Source of the DNA: Mycobacteriales bacterium
GTDB lineage: Bacteria; Actinomycetota; Actinomycetes; Mycobacteriales; QHCE01
Assembly (NCBI GenBank): GCA_038260095.1
Contig: JBBSOC010000006.1
Location: 1-57,881 of the forward strand
DNA length: 57,881 nt
Direction: 5' to 3'
Part shown: positions 1 to 8,727 of the stretch, piece by piece
Layout of the letters: every line of letters starts with the position of its first letter
Position numbering within the stretch: the first letter of the stretch is position 1
Made by a program: the position numbers and the translations under genes
Notes under the pieces: model-generated
Told to the model about the DNA's origin: nothing
What the model saw: only the letters and a program-made list of their open reading frames with translations
The model's database searches: none

Positions 1-32
1 CACCATCCTGGCACGGCATCCTCACAAGGCGT

Positions 33-488
33 TTACTCGCCCAGTTCGCCTTTCGCGTTCGTTGTACTCAGATACCGCGCTACCTGAGTAACGTAGCTAC
101 GGTATCCGGTGCGGGCAGCAGAAATAGCTAGCAATACCTTTGCATAGTCGATCTCTAAGTATTCGTGAACTAGCACGTTTCGCATGCCAGCGCTTGGCTG
201 AAGCTCTTTAGCCAGCTCCTCAGTGAGTAAACCTTCATGCGCAGCGTCAACAAAAGACGCCCGATAGGTTTCCGGTGTCTTTCCGGTAGCCGCAACTACG
301 TGAGTATTAATTGCAACGGCAAGATCAACTAGCAAAGTTAGAATACGCTCCACCAGCAGACTGATGGACAGCTCATGCGACAGCTGGTGCTCAGTAACAT
401 CACCGAGTTTGTCGAGCTCGCCTAGAAGACGGCGCATCATTCGTAGACGCCGGTACATGACGCCTTGCTCAGCAGCGTTTGGGGTCAT
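33..488 (-). CDS. HepT-like HEPN RNase toxin (DUF86)
   Basis: R-X4-H-X-Y motif (MRNVLVHEY); 151 aa; directly downstream of an MNT gene. Confidence 0.9.
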   Translation of the reverse strand: MTPNAAEQGVMYRRLRMMRRLLGELDKLGDVTEHQLSHELSISLLVERILTLLVDLAVAINTHVVAATGKTPETYRASFVDAAHEGLLTEELAKELQPSAGMRNVLVHEYLEIDYAKVLLAISAARTGYRSYVTQVARYLSTTNAKGELGE

Positions 489-491
489 TCT

Positions 492-908
492 CTACACCCC
501 CTCCGCCATGAGCTTGAGGTCCCATTTGCGCAACCAATCAGTGTCCATCCGCATGCATATTGCGGCCGCTCGAGCCTCAGCGTATGCTCCGATTTCTCTT
601 TCATAGAGCGGAATACACTTCACTAACGCTTGTTCTTGAGCAACCGGATCAGCGCGAGAAAGATCCATAACATCAATCTCTGAAACACCCGTTAAATCTG
701 ATATTTCGTTAATGAGTTGAACAACATCTCCCGAGCGATCTATCTTAAATAAAACTGCCACATCGAGGTCGCTAGGAGTTGTGTTTTCTTTAGCAGTACT
801 ACCAAAGACGGTTAAAACGCGGATTCCGCGCTCGGCACAAAATGCATCCAACTCGCCAGAGCGTGCCGCGGCGCGAAGGCGAGCGAGTCCTTCGTGAGGA
901 GTGGCCAT
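492..908 (-). CDS. MntA-like minimal nucleotidyltransferase antitoxin
   Basis: GS-X10-DXD motif (FGSTAKENTTPSDLDV); ATG at 908 preferred over TTG at 938. Confidence 0.88.
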   Translation of the reverse strand: MATPHEGLARLRAAARSGELDAFCAERGIRVLTVFGSTAKENTTPSDLDVAVLFKIDRSGDVVQLINEISDLTGVSEIDVMDLSRADPVAQEQALVKCIPLYEREIGAYAEARAAAICMRMDTDWLRKWDLKLMAEGV

Positions 909-1029
909 ACGCCCTACGATAGCCCAACGCTCCTTCAAAGCTGGCTATTCCCGCCGACCAGGCCGAGAACACCCTTGTAGCTATGCTCGCCCCACAAGTT
1001 TTCTAAGCGGTTGAGGGCACAGCTAGCAA

Positions 1030-1698
1030 CTAATCTGCGCCGTCGAGCGGCTTCCACCCTACAGGGTTGGAATAGTCGTGAAGTCGATCTCGATTATGTG
1101 AGACACCGTAGAAGACAGAGTAATTGTTCGGTATCTCGCTAGCCTCGATACAACAATTTATCAACCGTACGCAATCACTATGGCTCAGCCATACCTGACG
1201 CTCAGATTTAGGTTCTTGGGGCGGGAGATTATTTACGTTAACTCCGCCGAAACGCACGCAGACTACTTCCAGGTTCTTGCTGTCCGCATAATGTCTTCCG
1301 AGTGCTTCCATCATACATTTTCCAGCGCCATACGGACTGTCTGGCAACGGCAGAGAATAAGGCAATAACAGTCCCGATAGCTTTCTGTTGACAAATTTAT
1401 CAGCATGTACAGAGCTGGCCATTATCACGCGTCTAACGCCTGCTTCAACAGCGGCTTGATACACGTTAAAGGTCATAAGAATGTTCTCGGGATCAAGGAG
1501 GTCAGTGTGGTCGTTGTCTATTGTGGTGTTCCATGCGAGATGAATGGCAACGTCATGGCCCCGCATAGACGATAGCAATTGCTGATAATCGCGAGCGTCA
1601 GACTTCGGAAGGTCAAAACAGGTAACTCGATGCGGGATCTCGGTAGTCAGAACAGTGCCGATAACCCCAGCACTCCCGGTAATAATTACATTTTTCAT
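1030..1698 (-). CDS. NAD(P)-dependent epimerase/dehydratase (uronate dehydrogenase-like), AT-richer than flanks
   Basis: Rossmann ITGSAGVIG, MASSVHA, YGAGK (YxxxK); ATGA overlap with the DUF6912 stop. Confidence 0.85.
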   Translation of the reverse strand: MKNVIITGSAGVIGTVLTTEIPHRVTCFDLPKSDARDYQQLLSSMRGHDVAIHLAWNTTIDNDHTDLLDPENILMTFNVYQAAVEAGVRRVIMASSVHADKFVNRKLSGLLLPYSLPLPDSPYGAGKCMMEALGRHYADSKNLEVVCVRFGGVNVNNLPPQEPKSERQVWLSHSDCVRLINCCIEASEIPNNYSVFYGVSHNRDRLHDYSNPVGWKPLDGAD

Positions 1699-2216
1699 GA
1701 GTCAGGTTTTCCGCTAGGTTTCAGCAGCTCATCCAGCTCGGAGACGTCGTACCACTCAAGCTCGTGGCCCAACGCCGAATCCACTGCAAACTGCGAATCG
1801 GCATCCCCCAGCTCGGCTGGAATAACCGCGGCAGCAGCCGCAGCTATAGCCGATGTGACATCCGCGTTGTCAATATGCACGCACGCCCACCACTGTGTAA
1901 GCACCGGAACACTCACCCGCACCACGGCCCGATCTAGCTCGGGTCGCTGCGTCACGAACTCCTCCGGTACGTCGGCTGAGATCACCAGCCGCCGGCGGGA
2001 CGCGAGTGGGTCGGAGTCCAGCAGTCGTAACGAGCCGCGAGCCGCTTCGGTGAACGCCGCGTATTCAAGTTCCTCGTCATCGTCGTCGAGATACCAGCTG
2101 CGCAACGCAGCCGTGACCGCGAAGCCTGTCACCGGAGCAGGACCGAGCTCACCCTCACCGAGCGCCTGTGCGGCTGCGGTCTGAGTGGCCGCACAATAAA
2201 CTCTCATTACCACCAT
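1695..2216 (-). CDS. DUF6912-family conserved actinobacterial protein
   Basis: MRVY..AT start, DDEELEYAAF, RRLVISADV and LEWYDVSEL motifs; usual position near secA. Confidence 0.75.
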   Translation of the reverse strand: MVVMRVYCAATQTAAAQALGEGELGPAPVTGFAVTAALRSWYLDDDDEELEYAAFTEAARGSLRLLDSDPLASRRRLVISADVPEEFVTQRPELDRAVVRVSVPVLTQWWACVHIDNADVTSAIAAAAAAVIPAELGDADSQFAVDSALGHELEWYDVSELDELLKPSGKPDS

Positions 2217-2332
2217 TTCCTAGTCGCCTATCTCCCATTTCCACGAGAGAAAATTCTCGGCGGGCTTGGCTGTAGCAACCGTAATATATCCAGCTCACCA
2301 GAGCGCGGCGCTGCGCGAAGATGCGGAAGCCG

Positions 2333-2611
2333 TCAGGGCTGGTTTCGATAAACTTTGTTTCGATGATCAACCCTAACCACAAGAATGCACAAAGCATGGT
2401 CACGAATCTCTGCAACAATGCGCCAATCGCCAACACGGTAGCGCCATAGGTGGCCAAGCCGAGAACCTTGTAAGGCTTCTCCCAGCTCACGCGGGCTTAC
2501 TAACGACGCAATCCGCTCGTGCAGGTACGTCAGTATCCGCCGAGCTACCTGCGGGTCAAGCTTGCGAAGGTCACGTTGAACAGCTTCGTCAAGCTCAACT
2601 TTCCATGCCAT
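2333..2611 (-). CDS. RelE/ParE-family toxin
   Basis: MAWKVEL...LWRYRVGDWRIVAEI...HRNKVYR. Confidence 0.9.
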   Translation of the reverse strand: MAWKVELDEAVQRDLRKLDPQVARRILTYLHERIASLVSPRELGEALQGSRLGHLWRYRVGDWRIVAEIRDHALCILVVRVDHRNKVYRNQP

Positions 2612-2819
2612 ATTCGGCCATCACTTCTGATAGCGGCACCGCGCGGCTACGCCCGGCACGCAAGTCTTCTAAACGCTGCTCTGCCAGATAAATTTCCTCT
2701 AAATCATCAAGGTGCGTCACGATGGCCTCTCTTGCGTAGTAAGACTTGGATCTACCTGTCGCTTGCGCAAGCATGTCTAGCCGCTGCTCGACCTCTTCTG
2801 GTAGGCGTAACGCCAGCAT
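2595..2819 (-). CDS. Ribbon-helix-helix antitoxin (RelB/DUF6290-like)
   Basis: MLALRLPEEVEQRLDMLAQATGRSKSYYAREAI; overlaps the toxin start. Confidence 0.88.
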   Translation of the reverse strand: MLALRLPEEVEQRLDMLAQATGRSKSYYAREAIVTHLDDLEEIYLAEQRLEDLRAGRSRAVPLSEVMAEYGMES

Positions 2820-2844
2820 TATGGCCTCCTACACCAATTAAGTA

Positions 2845-2864
2845 ATGCTATACAACTATAGCAT
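2845..2864. promoter_or_regulatory. Palindromic operator of the relBE-type TA
   Basis: ATGCTATA-caac-TATAGCAT perfect inverted repeat upstream of the antitoxin. Confidence 0.65.
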
Positions 2865-2910
2865 GCTGTTTTATTCGAGTTTACCGTCCTACATCGAAAA
2901 TCCAGCGGAC

Positions 2911-3546
2911 TCAGCGCAGCGGTACGCCGAGTAGACTCTCCAGCTCCACAATGCTCGATTCCACTTCCACGTGATGCACGCCTATCATGCCGACCGCGAC
3001 GGCGCCGCGAACGTTGATCCGCAAATCATCAATAAAAACACACTCAGCGGTCTCGGCTTGCAGGAGCGCTGCCGTGTGGCGGTAGATCCGTGGATCAGGC
3101 TTGCGCATCCCCACGTCGCCGGAGAGCACCACCGCATCGAAGACCTGCTCCCATTCGCCGCGGTCATACCCCATGCCCCATGAGTTGGATAGCAGCGCGG
3201 TGCCAATACCGTGCTGCCGGGCGCGTCGGAGCACACCCATCATGTCGGGTTCGCCGCGCAGCACCGCCCACAACCGGGCAAGGAGCCCATCCGGCAGTAC
3301 CGGTTGTCCATCGAGGCGCCGCAGCTCCCGCGCCAAGTGCTGTTCCAGCTCCGCTTCGCTCACCGTGCCCAGCTCCAGAGCAGCACCGAAGTTGGCATAT
3401 TCACCGCCCTCACACAGCTGCTCCATCACATGATCGAACAGCTCGACGTCGAGGCCCTCAGACTGGGCCCAACTCCGCCAACTCTGGCCAATCGGGCTCG
3501 TGAGCACGCCACCGTAATCACTGATTAGGAAGCGCGGTGAGGTCAT
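2911..3546 (-). CDS. HAD-family phosphatase
   Basis: SDYGGVLT motif I, LLSNSWG, RKPDPRIY, FIDD. Confidence 0.9.
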   Translation of the reverse strand: MTSPRFLISDYGGVLTSPIGQSWRSWAQSEGLDVELFDHVMEQLCEGGEYANFGAALELGTVSEAELEQHLARELRRLDGQPVLPDGLLARLWAVLRGEPDMMGVLRRARQHGIGTALLSNSWGMGYDRGEWEQVFDAVVLSGDVGMRKPDPRIYRHTAALLQAETAECVFIDDLRINVRGAVAVGMIGVHHVEVESSIVELESLLGVPLR

Positions 3547-4946
3547 GCACGAGCTCCGGAAACGAGTTGAGGCGGAGACGCATCGGCGCTGAGCAACGTG
3601 ACGGTGAGCCCAGCTAACGCGGTGCGCAGCGGTGAGCGGGGAGCAACCTCTGCAAGAGTCCGACCTACCGAAACCGCTCGATCAGCAGCATCGCGATCAT
3701 AGGGCACAAATGCCAGCTGTCCAACGCCAGCAAACCGCTGCATCGCCTGACTGACTTCTCGGACAGGATCACCCGGCATGGCGGAGCGGCGCAGCCGATT
3801 CATCACCACAATCGCAGATTTAACCGCAGCCGTATCGACCCGCTCACCGAGCTCAACAAGCCCGCGGACAAGTCTGGCCACACCGACAGGATCAGCCGAA
3901 CCAACGGCGACTACCCGGTCGGCGGCGCCCAAGGCAGCAAGAGCGGCAGCATTACGGCGAGGGGCCGCCGTATCGTAGGAAAGCTCCTCGTCGTCTTCTA
4001 GGCAAAAGCCACAATCCACGACCACAAGCTTGGCAAGCTGCTTGGCCCGGTCCAGTACACCGACCACAGCTTCGCCCCGCAACTCCGGCCATCGATCCGC
4101 TCGGCTGATTCCAGTGAGCACAGAGAGGTTCCGATCGATCTGACGGGCATAGCTGGCCAGTGTCGCCACATCCAGTGCCCCGTGATGATGAGCCCGTGCC
4201 GCTGCCGCAATACCTGGCGCTTCATCCAGCATGCCGAGGTGTTGCGCGATCACACCTCCATAAGAGTCGGCATCTATGAGCAGCGTGGATATTCCGGCTC
4301 GAGCAGCTTCGTCTGCCACCCCCAACGCGATCGTGGTCCGTCCCGGCGCGCCAGTTGGGCCCCACACCGCGATGACGTTGCTAGCGACGGGATAACTCTG
4401 CGGTGGCACAGGGTGTCTAGTTGAATTACCTAATGGTGGCATAGCGATACCGCCACTAGGTCCAGAAACCGGCGCCGCGATCTGCCCAGTGAACGGAGTA
4501 GACGCTGGTAAGTGCCCCGGCGGCGGGGATGACGCGGAGACTGGACCGATAGCACCTAACGCCCGAGTTGGGCGCACCGCACCCGAGCGCTCGGCTGATT
4601 CCAGCGCCTGAATAACGAGCTCAGTAGGAGTATCAACGGGTAGTACATACCCGACACCCAGTTGTCGAATGCGGCGTTCACTCGGCTCATCGCCTGCGGG
4701 TACCAGTGCAACGATGTGCAGCCCACACGCACGCAGCCGCGACACCGCCGAGGCATCCAACCGGCGTAGCCCTGCGGATAGAACAACGGCCCGTGCTGCT
4801 CCCGTGCTCGCGGCTGCCAGCAGATCGGCAACATCCACGCAGCGCCGAATCACGTTCACCGAGGCGGCGCTGCGCTCAACCGCAGCCACGAAGTCAACTT
4901 CCCAAGCGGTATCGCTCACAGCGGTGAGGATCGGGAGGCTCGCCAC
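3543..4946 (-). CDS. CpaE/MinD-like ATPase with N-terminal receiver-like domain
   Basis: Receiver-like N-terminus, Pro-rich linker, deviant Walker A WGPTGAPGRTT, LIDAD, VVDCG. Confidence 0.8.
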   Translation of the reverse strand: MASLPILTAVSDTAWEVDFVAAVERSAASVNVIRRCVDVADLLAAASTGAARAVVLSAGLRRLDASAVSRLRACGLHIVALVPAGDEPSERRIRQLGVGYVLPVDTPTELVIQALESAERSGAVRPTRALGAIGPVSASSPPPGHLPASTPFTGQIAAPVSGPSGGIAMPPLGNSTRHPVPPQSYPVASNVIAVWGPTGAPGRTTIALGVADEAARAGISTLLIDADSYGGVIAQHLGMLDEAPGIAAAARAHHHGALDVATLASYARQIDRNLSVLTGISRADRWPELRGEAVVGVLDRAKQLAKLVVVDCGFCLEDDEELSYDTAAPRRNAAALAALGAADRVVAVGSADPVGVARLVRGLVELGERVDTAAVKSAIVVMNRLRRSAMPGDPVREVSQAMQRFAGVGQLAFVPYDRDAADRAVSVGRTLAEVAPRSPLRTALAGLTVTLLSADASPPQLVSGARA

Positions 4947-4949
4947 GAG

Positions 4950-5684
4950 TCAGTTTCCTTGTGCTGGGTTAGCTGGGGTTACCGGAGTCGCCGCACACAC
5001 ATCGGGGGGATCATCGTGACCAGTGCTTTTTGGACCAGTTGCTGGCAACACCGCTATATCTATCGCCATATTGTGCAGCGCCGCCACCAAATCCTTGGCT
5101 CCCGAGTCGGCTACTCGCACGCTCAGTGACCATTCCCCGCTCGCCGACAGCGCACCGCTTCCGGGCCGACCAATGTGTTGCACAATCGCCGAGCTGAGCA
5201 GTTTCTGTGTCTGATTCTTCGACTTGTCAGAATTGTCCGTGGTGGCATACACATCGATTCGGGCACCATTGCGCATCGTAGATGGGACGCGACGGGACTG
5301 CACCGGGATGCTCACCAAGCTTCCGCAGCCGCGCTCGCGCAGGGCGCCAGCCGGTAGCAGCTCTCCTTTACCAACATCCCGAGTCAAAGTTTTTCCGACA
5401 ACATTTTTGTCGGCGCCAAGGTAAGAGCCCTTACTGTCGGGAAGCCGTGCATCGACGGCAACCAGATCGTCGGGGGTGAGCTGCGTTCCCCTGGGCAGTG
5501 CGGTACGCAGCGACCACATGCTGGTGGTGTCATCGGCAACCGAAATGATTACTCCACCACCACCGATTGCGAGGACAACTAAGATGATGCCGATAAGAAA
5601 CCTGGTGTTCACCAAGCGGGAGCGCAGGTGACGACGGGCTACTTGCGGCAGCTGGGGTGTCGGTTCGGATAGCCCTCCGGCCAT
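4950..5684 (-). CDS. SAF-domain (CpaB-like) membrane-anchored protein
   Basis: N-terminal TM helix, LPRGTQLTPDDL...RDVGKGELLP SAF motif; AAAGGA RBS before ATG 5684. Confidence 0.78.
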   Translation of the reverse strand: MAGGLSEPTPQLPQVARRHLRSRLVNTRFLIGIILVVLAIGGGGVIISVADDTTSMWSLRTALPRGTQLTPDDLVAVDARLPDSKGSYLGADKNVVGKTLTRDVGKGELLPAGALRERGCGSLVSIPVQSRRVPSTMRNGARIDVYATTDNSDKSKNQTQKLLSSAIVQHIGRPGSGALSASGEWSLSVRVADSGAKDLVAALHNMAIDIAVLPATGPKSTGHDDPPDVCAATPVTPANPAQGN

Positions 5685-5872
5685 GTGGCGTCCTTTCCAA
5701 ACAATCGGCGCAGGGCCGAGACTAGCCGATCCGAGCACAGTTGTGGGCGTCAAGGCTCAGCGGCTGTGGATTACTACTAAAACTCGGCATGTGGTGGCAT
5801 ACTCAAGCAGAACAAGCTATAGCAGCGTGATCTAGCGCAAAGCACTACGACTTAAGGTGGTCGGAGCAAACC

Positions 5873-6100
5873 ATGAGTTCCGAACGGTTCTTACAACTAA
5901 GTGAGGTTGCTGAGCTCCTCAACATCAGCGCCTCTCAAACGTACGCACTTGTGCGCAGTGGCGATCTTCCAGCCATCAAAGTGGGCGGCCGAGGCCAGTG
6001 GAGAGTCGAACGGAAAGAACTGGAGGGCTATATCCATCGGATGTACAGCAAGACGCGCGATTTTGTAGAAACTCAGCCGCTGGTGAAGTCACGCGATTAG
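5873..6100 (+). CDS. Excisionase/BldC-like helix-turn-helix DNA-binding protein
   Basis: FLQLSEVAELLNIS..TYALVRSGDLPAIKVGGRGQWRV (HTH_17 pattern). Confidence 0.9.
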   Translation: MSSERFLQLSEVAELLNISASQTYALVRSGDLPAIKVGGRGQWRVERKELEGYIHRMYSKTRDFVETQPLVKSRD

Positions 6101-6128
6101 CGCACCGAACGGGCGCCCGGGCGTCTGC

Positions 6129-6764
6129 TCATTCCAGTCGGACCAGCGCCAATGCGGCGCATGGAACGGTCTGCGTATGCCGTAGCGCACGCGACACGCG
6201 ACGCTCACCAGGCTCTTGAGCAGTGACATCCATGCAGTCTGCTCCCACCCGGTCTAGGCGACCAAACACGACATCGCCACTGCGCAACAACAGGGTCACC
6301 ACCGCCCGGTCACGCACAAGCCGGCGCAGCACCATGCGCATGTCATATCTGGCGGCCACATGCCCCTCGCTGCCTGGCGCGACCGCGGCGAATGGCAATC
6401 CACGTAACGTCATCACCGCGGCAAGCGGCAGCAGCACCCGAGCCCCAAGTTGATTCCCTGCGTCGGCGGCAAGTAACGCCCAATCAGCGCCAACATCGCG
6501 CAGCACCCCCGAGACCGTGCTCGGCCCGGCAGAATCCACTGTGACGGTGAGCTCGGAGCCAATCGCGGCCCGCAGTCGATCCACCAACCGCACTACGGCC
6601 AGCTCGCGACGCGTCCTATCCGCAACTTCAGCCGTGAATTCAGCATCAGCAGCAGACGCCAACTCGGACTCTAAATCGGTAAAAAGCCGATCCCACCGCT
6701 GGCCGCCGGTGGATGAGAGCGCATCGCTAGCCGTTGGTTCCTGCCATGGATGAGAGCTCGTCAT
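6129..6764 (-). CDS. Conserved actinobacterial hypothetical protein
   Basis: RWDRLFTDLE...RLVDRLR...GRLDRVGAD pattern typical of genes at this locus. Confidence 0.7.
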   Translation of the reverse strand: MTSSHPWQEPTASDALSSTGGQRWDRLFTDLESELASAADAEFTAEVADRTRRELAVVRLVDRLRAAIGSELTVTVDSAGPSTVSGVLRDVGADWALLAADAGNQLGARVLLPLAAVMTLRGLPFAAVAPGSEGHVAARYDMRMVLRRLVRDRAVVTLLLRSGDVVFGRLDRVGADCMDVTAQEPGERRVSRALRHTQTVPCAALALVRLE

Positions 6765-6810
6765 GGCTACCACTGTGTCACTTTTTTAGGAACCAGGATA
6801 GCTACTTACA

Positions 6811-6913
6811 ACAAACTATCGCAAACGGAGGCAAAACTTTTTAAAAGTAGCTAACTATAAGTAGTTGACTCTAAGCAAACGTAGGTATATCACTTAAACG
6901 GAGGCAAACACAG
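6811..6913 (+). repeat. Phased 10-bp direct repeats (consensus GCAAACGGAG) in a divergent promoter
   Basis: Copies at 6811, 6821, 6831, 6875, 6894 and 6904. Confidence 0.6.
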
Positions 6914-6926
6914 GCAGGAGAGATGA

Positions 6927-7670
6927 ATGATCGCGATCGCACGCTTGTGTCGGCTTGGCACGGCTATCGCATGCTGTGCGGTGGTAGCCGCGTGGCTCTT
7001 GCCACATCCGCTTGCTGCGGGCAGAGCCCTCGGCACGTTGTTGGATCACAGCAGCGACGACCGTCGGGCAGTGAACGAGCTGACGCTGGCGCTGAGCAGC
7101 CTGGTCGCGTGGGCACTTATCATTTGGCTGGCCACCACCGTCCTGATGTTGCTGGCTACCCGACTACCCGGGCGAATAGGTGCCGCCGCTCGCGGCGCTA
7201 GCTGCTTGATCATTCCCGCAATCGTTCGGCGCCTATTGTGCGGCGCGGTGAGCATCTCCCTTGCTAGCGGAATACTCGCTGGCACCGCCCAGGCCGCCTC
7301 TGAATCTGGACCTGATTCTGGAAGCCGCGCGACAACAACTCAATCGGCCGCCACTCCAAATTTGGACTGGCCGCAGCCGCAGAGCACACAACTACCAAGC
7401 GGTGAGCAAGAACCACATCCGGCCAACCGAACCGGGGTGGATCGAGCTAGCCGGCAAGCAAGCCAGGAAGGACTGCCCGCACAAGTGACTGTGCGGCGCG
7501 GCGACTCCCTATGGGTGCTCGCCGGCGATCGCCTCGAACCCGGTGCGCCCAAGGGCGCGATCGCTCGTGAGTGGCCCCGCTGGTGGGAGCGCAACCGTGA
7601 CGTCATCGGCGAAAATCCGCACCTCATTTATCCAGGACAGGTATTGCACGCCCCCACTCCATCTGAGTAA
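6927..7670 (+). CDS. Membrane protein with C-terminal LysM peptidoglycan-binding domain
   Basis: TM helices, then VTVRRGDSLW...NRDVIGENPHLIYPGQVL. Confidence 0.9.
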   Translation: MIAIARLCRLGTAIACCAVVAAWLLPHPLAAGRALGTLLDHSSDDRRAVNELTLALSSLVAWALIIWLATTVLMLLATRLPGRIGAAARGASCLIIPAIVRRLLCGAVSISLASGILAGTAQAASESGPDSGSRATTTQSAATPNLDWPQPQSTQLPSGEQEPHPANRTGVDRASRQASQEGLPAQVTVRRGDSLWVLAGDRLEPGAPKGAIAREWPRWWERNRDVIGENPHLIYPGQVLHAPTPSE

Positions 7671-7706
7671 TCCATCCGAGCCCCTAGTAGTAACCAGGAG
7701 AACGCC

Positions 7707-8336
7707 ATGCTCAACGCAGCAACAGCCCCCGCTACAGCCACTGGAATTCGACTGCGACCAGCACCCGCATGTGAACCGCCATACGACGATGAACGAACCG
7801 ACTCGCACACCTATATGGCATCGGGTACCACACCGTTGCTCACCCACCCGCTACTCCCTTGCTTCACTGTGCAGCCTTATCTGCCGACCACCTCGAACAC
7901 ATGGCAACTTTCTCGGCCCAGACCGGCGCGCGTCGAGCTTGGCAGTTTTGGCCGGCGCAACACGCCCAGCTGCGACCTACCGGAGCCCGGCCCGCATGGT
8001 AGGCGGCTGGCACAGGCGCTACTGGAGATGATCGCCGGTGTGCGACCGCTCGGTCAGCTCGTGCCGTGGTTGCATGAATCGCTGTATTTTGAGTTAGCCG
8101 AGCGGTATAGCAAAATCCGTACCGCGAATCGACAGTTGGAGGCCGCTGGCACGCAACATCTCGGCCGCTACCCTGCTCCCCAGCCTCGGGTAACCAGAGT
8201 GCATACCTGTCAACCGGCTGACGGTGTCGCCGAAATCAGCGCGGTCGCGTCTGAACAAGGCCGTGCGTATGCGGTAGCGCTTCGCCTCGAAGGCCTCGAC
8301 GGAGGTTGGCGATGCACCAGCTTCACAGTGGTCTAA
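7707..8336 (+). CDS. Rv3235 (DUF6459) family protein
   Basis: PACEPPYDDE, EMIAGVRPLGQL, AVALRLEGLDGGWRCT; convergent with the secA region. Confidence 0.85.
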   Translation: MLNAATAPATATGIRLRPAPACEPPYDDERTDSHTYMASGTTPLLTHPLLPCFTVQPYLPTTSNTWQLSRPRPARVELGSFGRRNTPSCDLPEPGPHGRRLAQALLEMIAGVRPLGQLVPWLHESLYFELAERYSKIRTANRQLEAAGTQHLGRYPAPQPRVTRVHTCQPADGVAEISAVASEQGRAYAVALRLEGLDGGWRCTSFTVV

Positions 8337-8388
8337 TCAAGAGCGTCCGCCCTAAAACGGAACTCTTCAGTCGGCAAAACCGTGTCGG

Positions 8389-8670
8389 ATGATCCTGGCT
8401 GACACGGCCGCGTGGATCGAGTACGACAGCGGCACCGGAAGCACGGTGGATCAACGCATGACAGAGCTGATCGCATCTGAGGGGCCACTGGCAGTTACGG
8501 AGCCGGTGGTGATGGAGGTGCTGGCTGGGGCGCGCACCAATGCGCGGGATAGTCGATTGCATGATTGCCGCCGCCGCGTGGCGCCGAGGGGCAGCCCTCC
8601 TTTCCTACGATGCCGACCTCGATCGGGTATCGCAGGTCATAGGTCTCACACTGGACCCGGCCTCGCGGTG
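8389..8670 (+). pseudogene. VapC PIN-domain toxin pseudogene (internal deletion plus frameshift)
   Basis: MILADTAAWIEY...EVLAGAR in one frame joins directly to RGIVDCMIAAAAWRRGAALLSYDADLDRV in another frame near 8545. Confidence 0.85.
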
Positions 8671-8727
8671 CTGCCGGAACCCGAAACGTCAAACCTCAGC
8701 GAATAACTACCTTTTCCACCGAGCTGC

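Noticed and set aside
3543-5684. Complete Tad/Flp pilus locus
   Set aside because: No tadA, tadB/C, flp or prepilin peptidase gene in the window
5765-5773. DnaA-box-like TGTGGATTA
   Set aside because: A single mismatched copy, expected by chance
5873-6100. Prophage excisionase
   Set aside because: No integrase or phage genes nearby; the gene sits in a conserved chromosomal context
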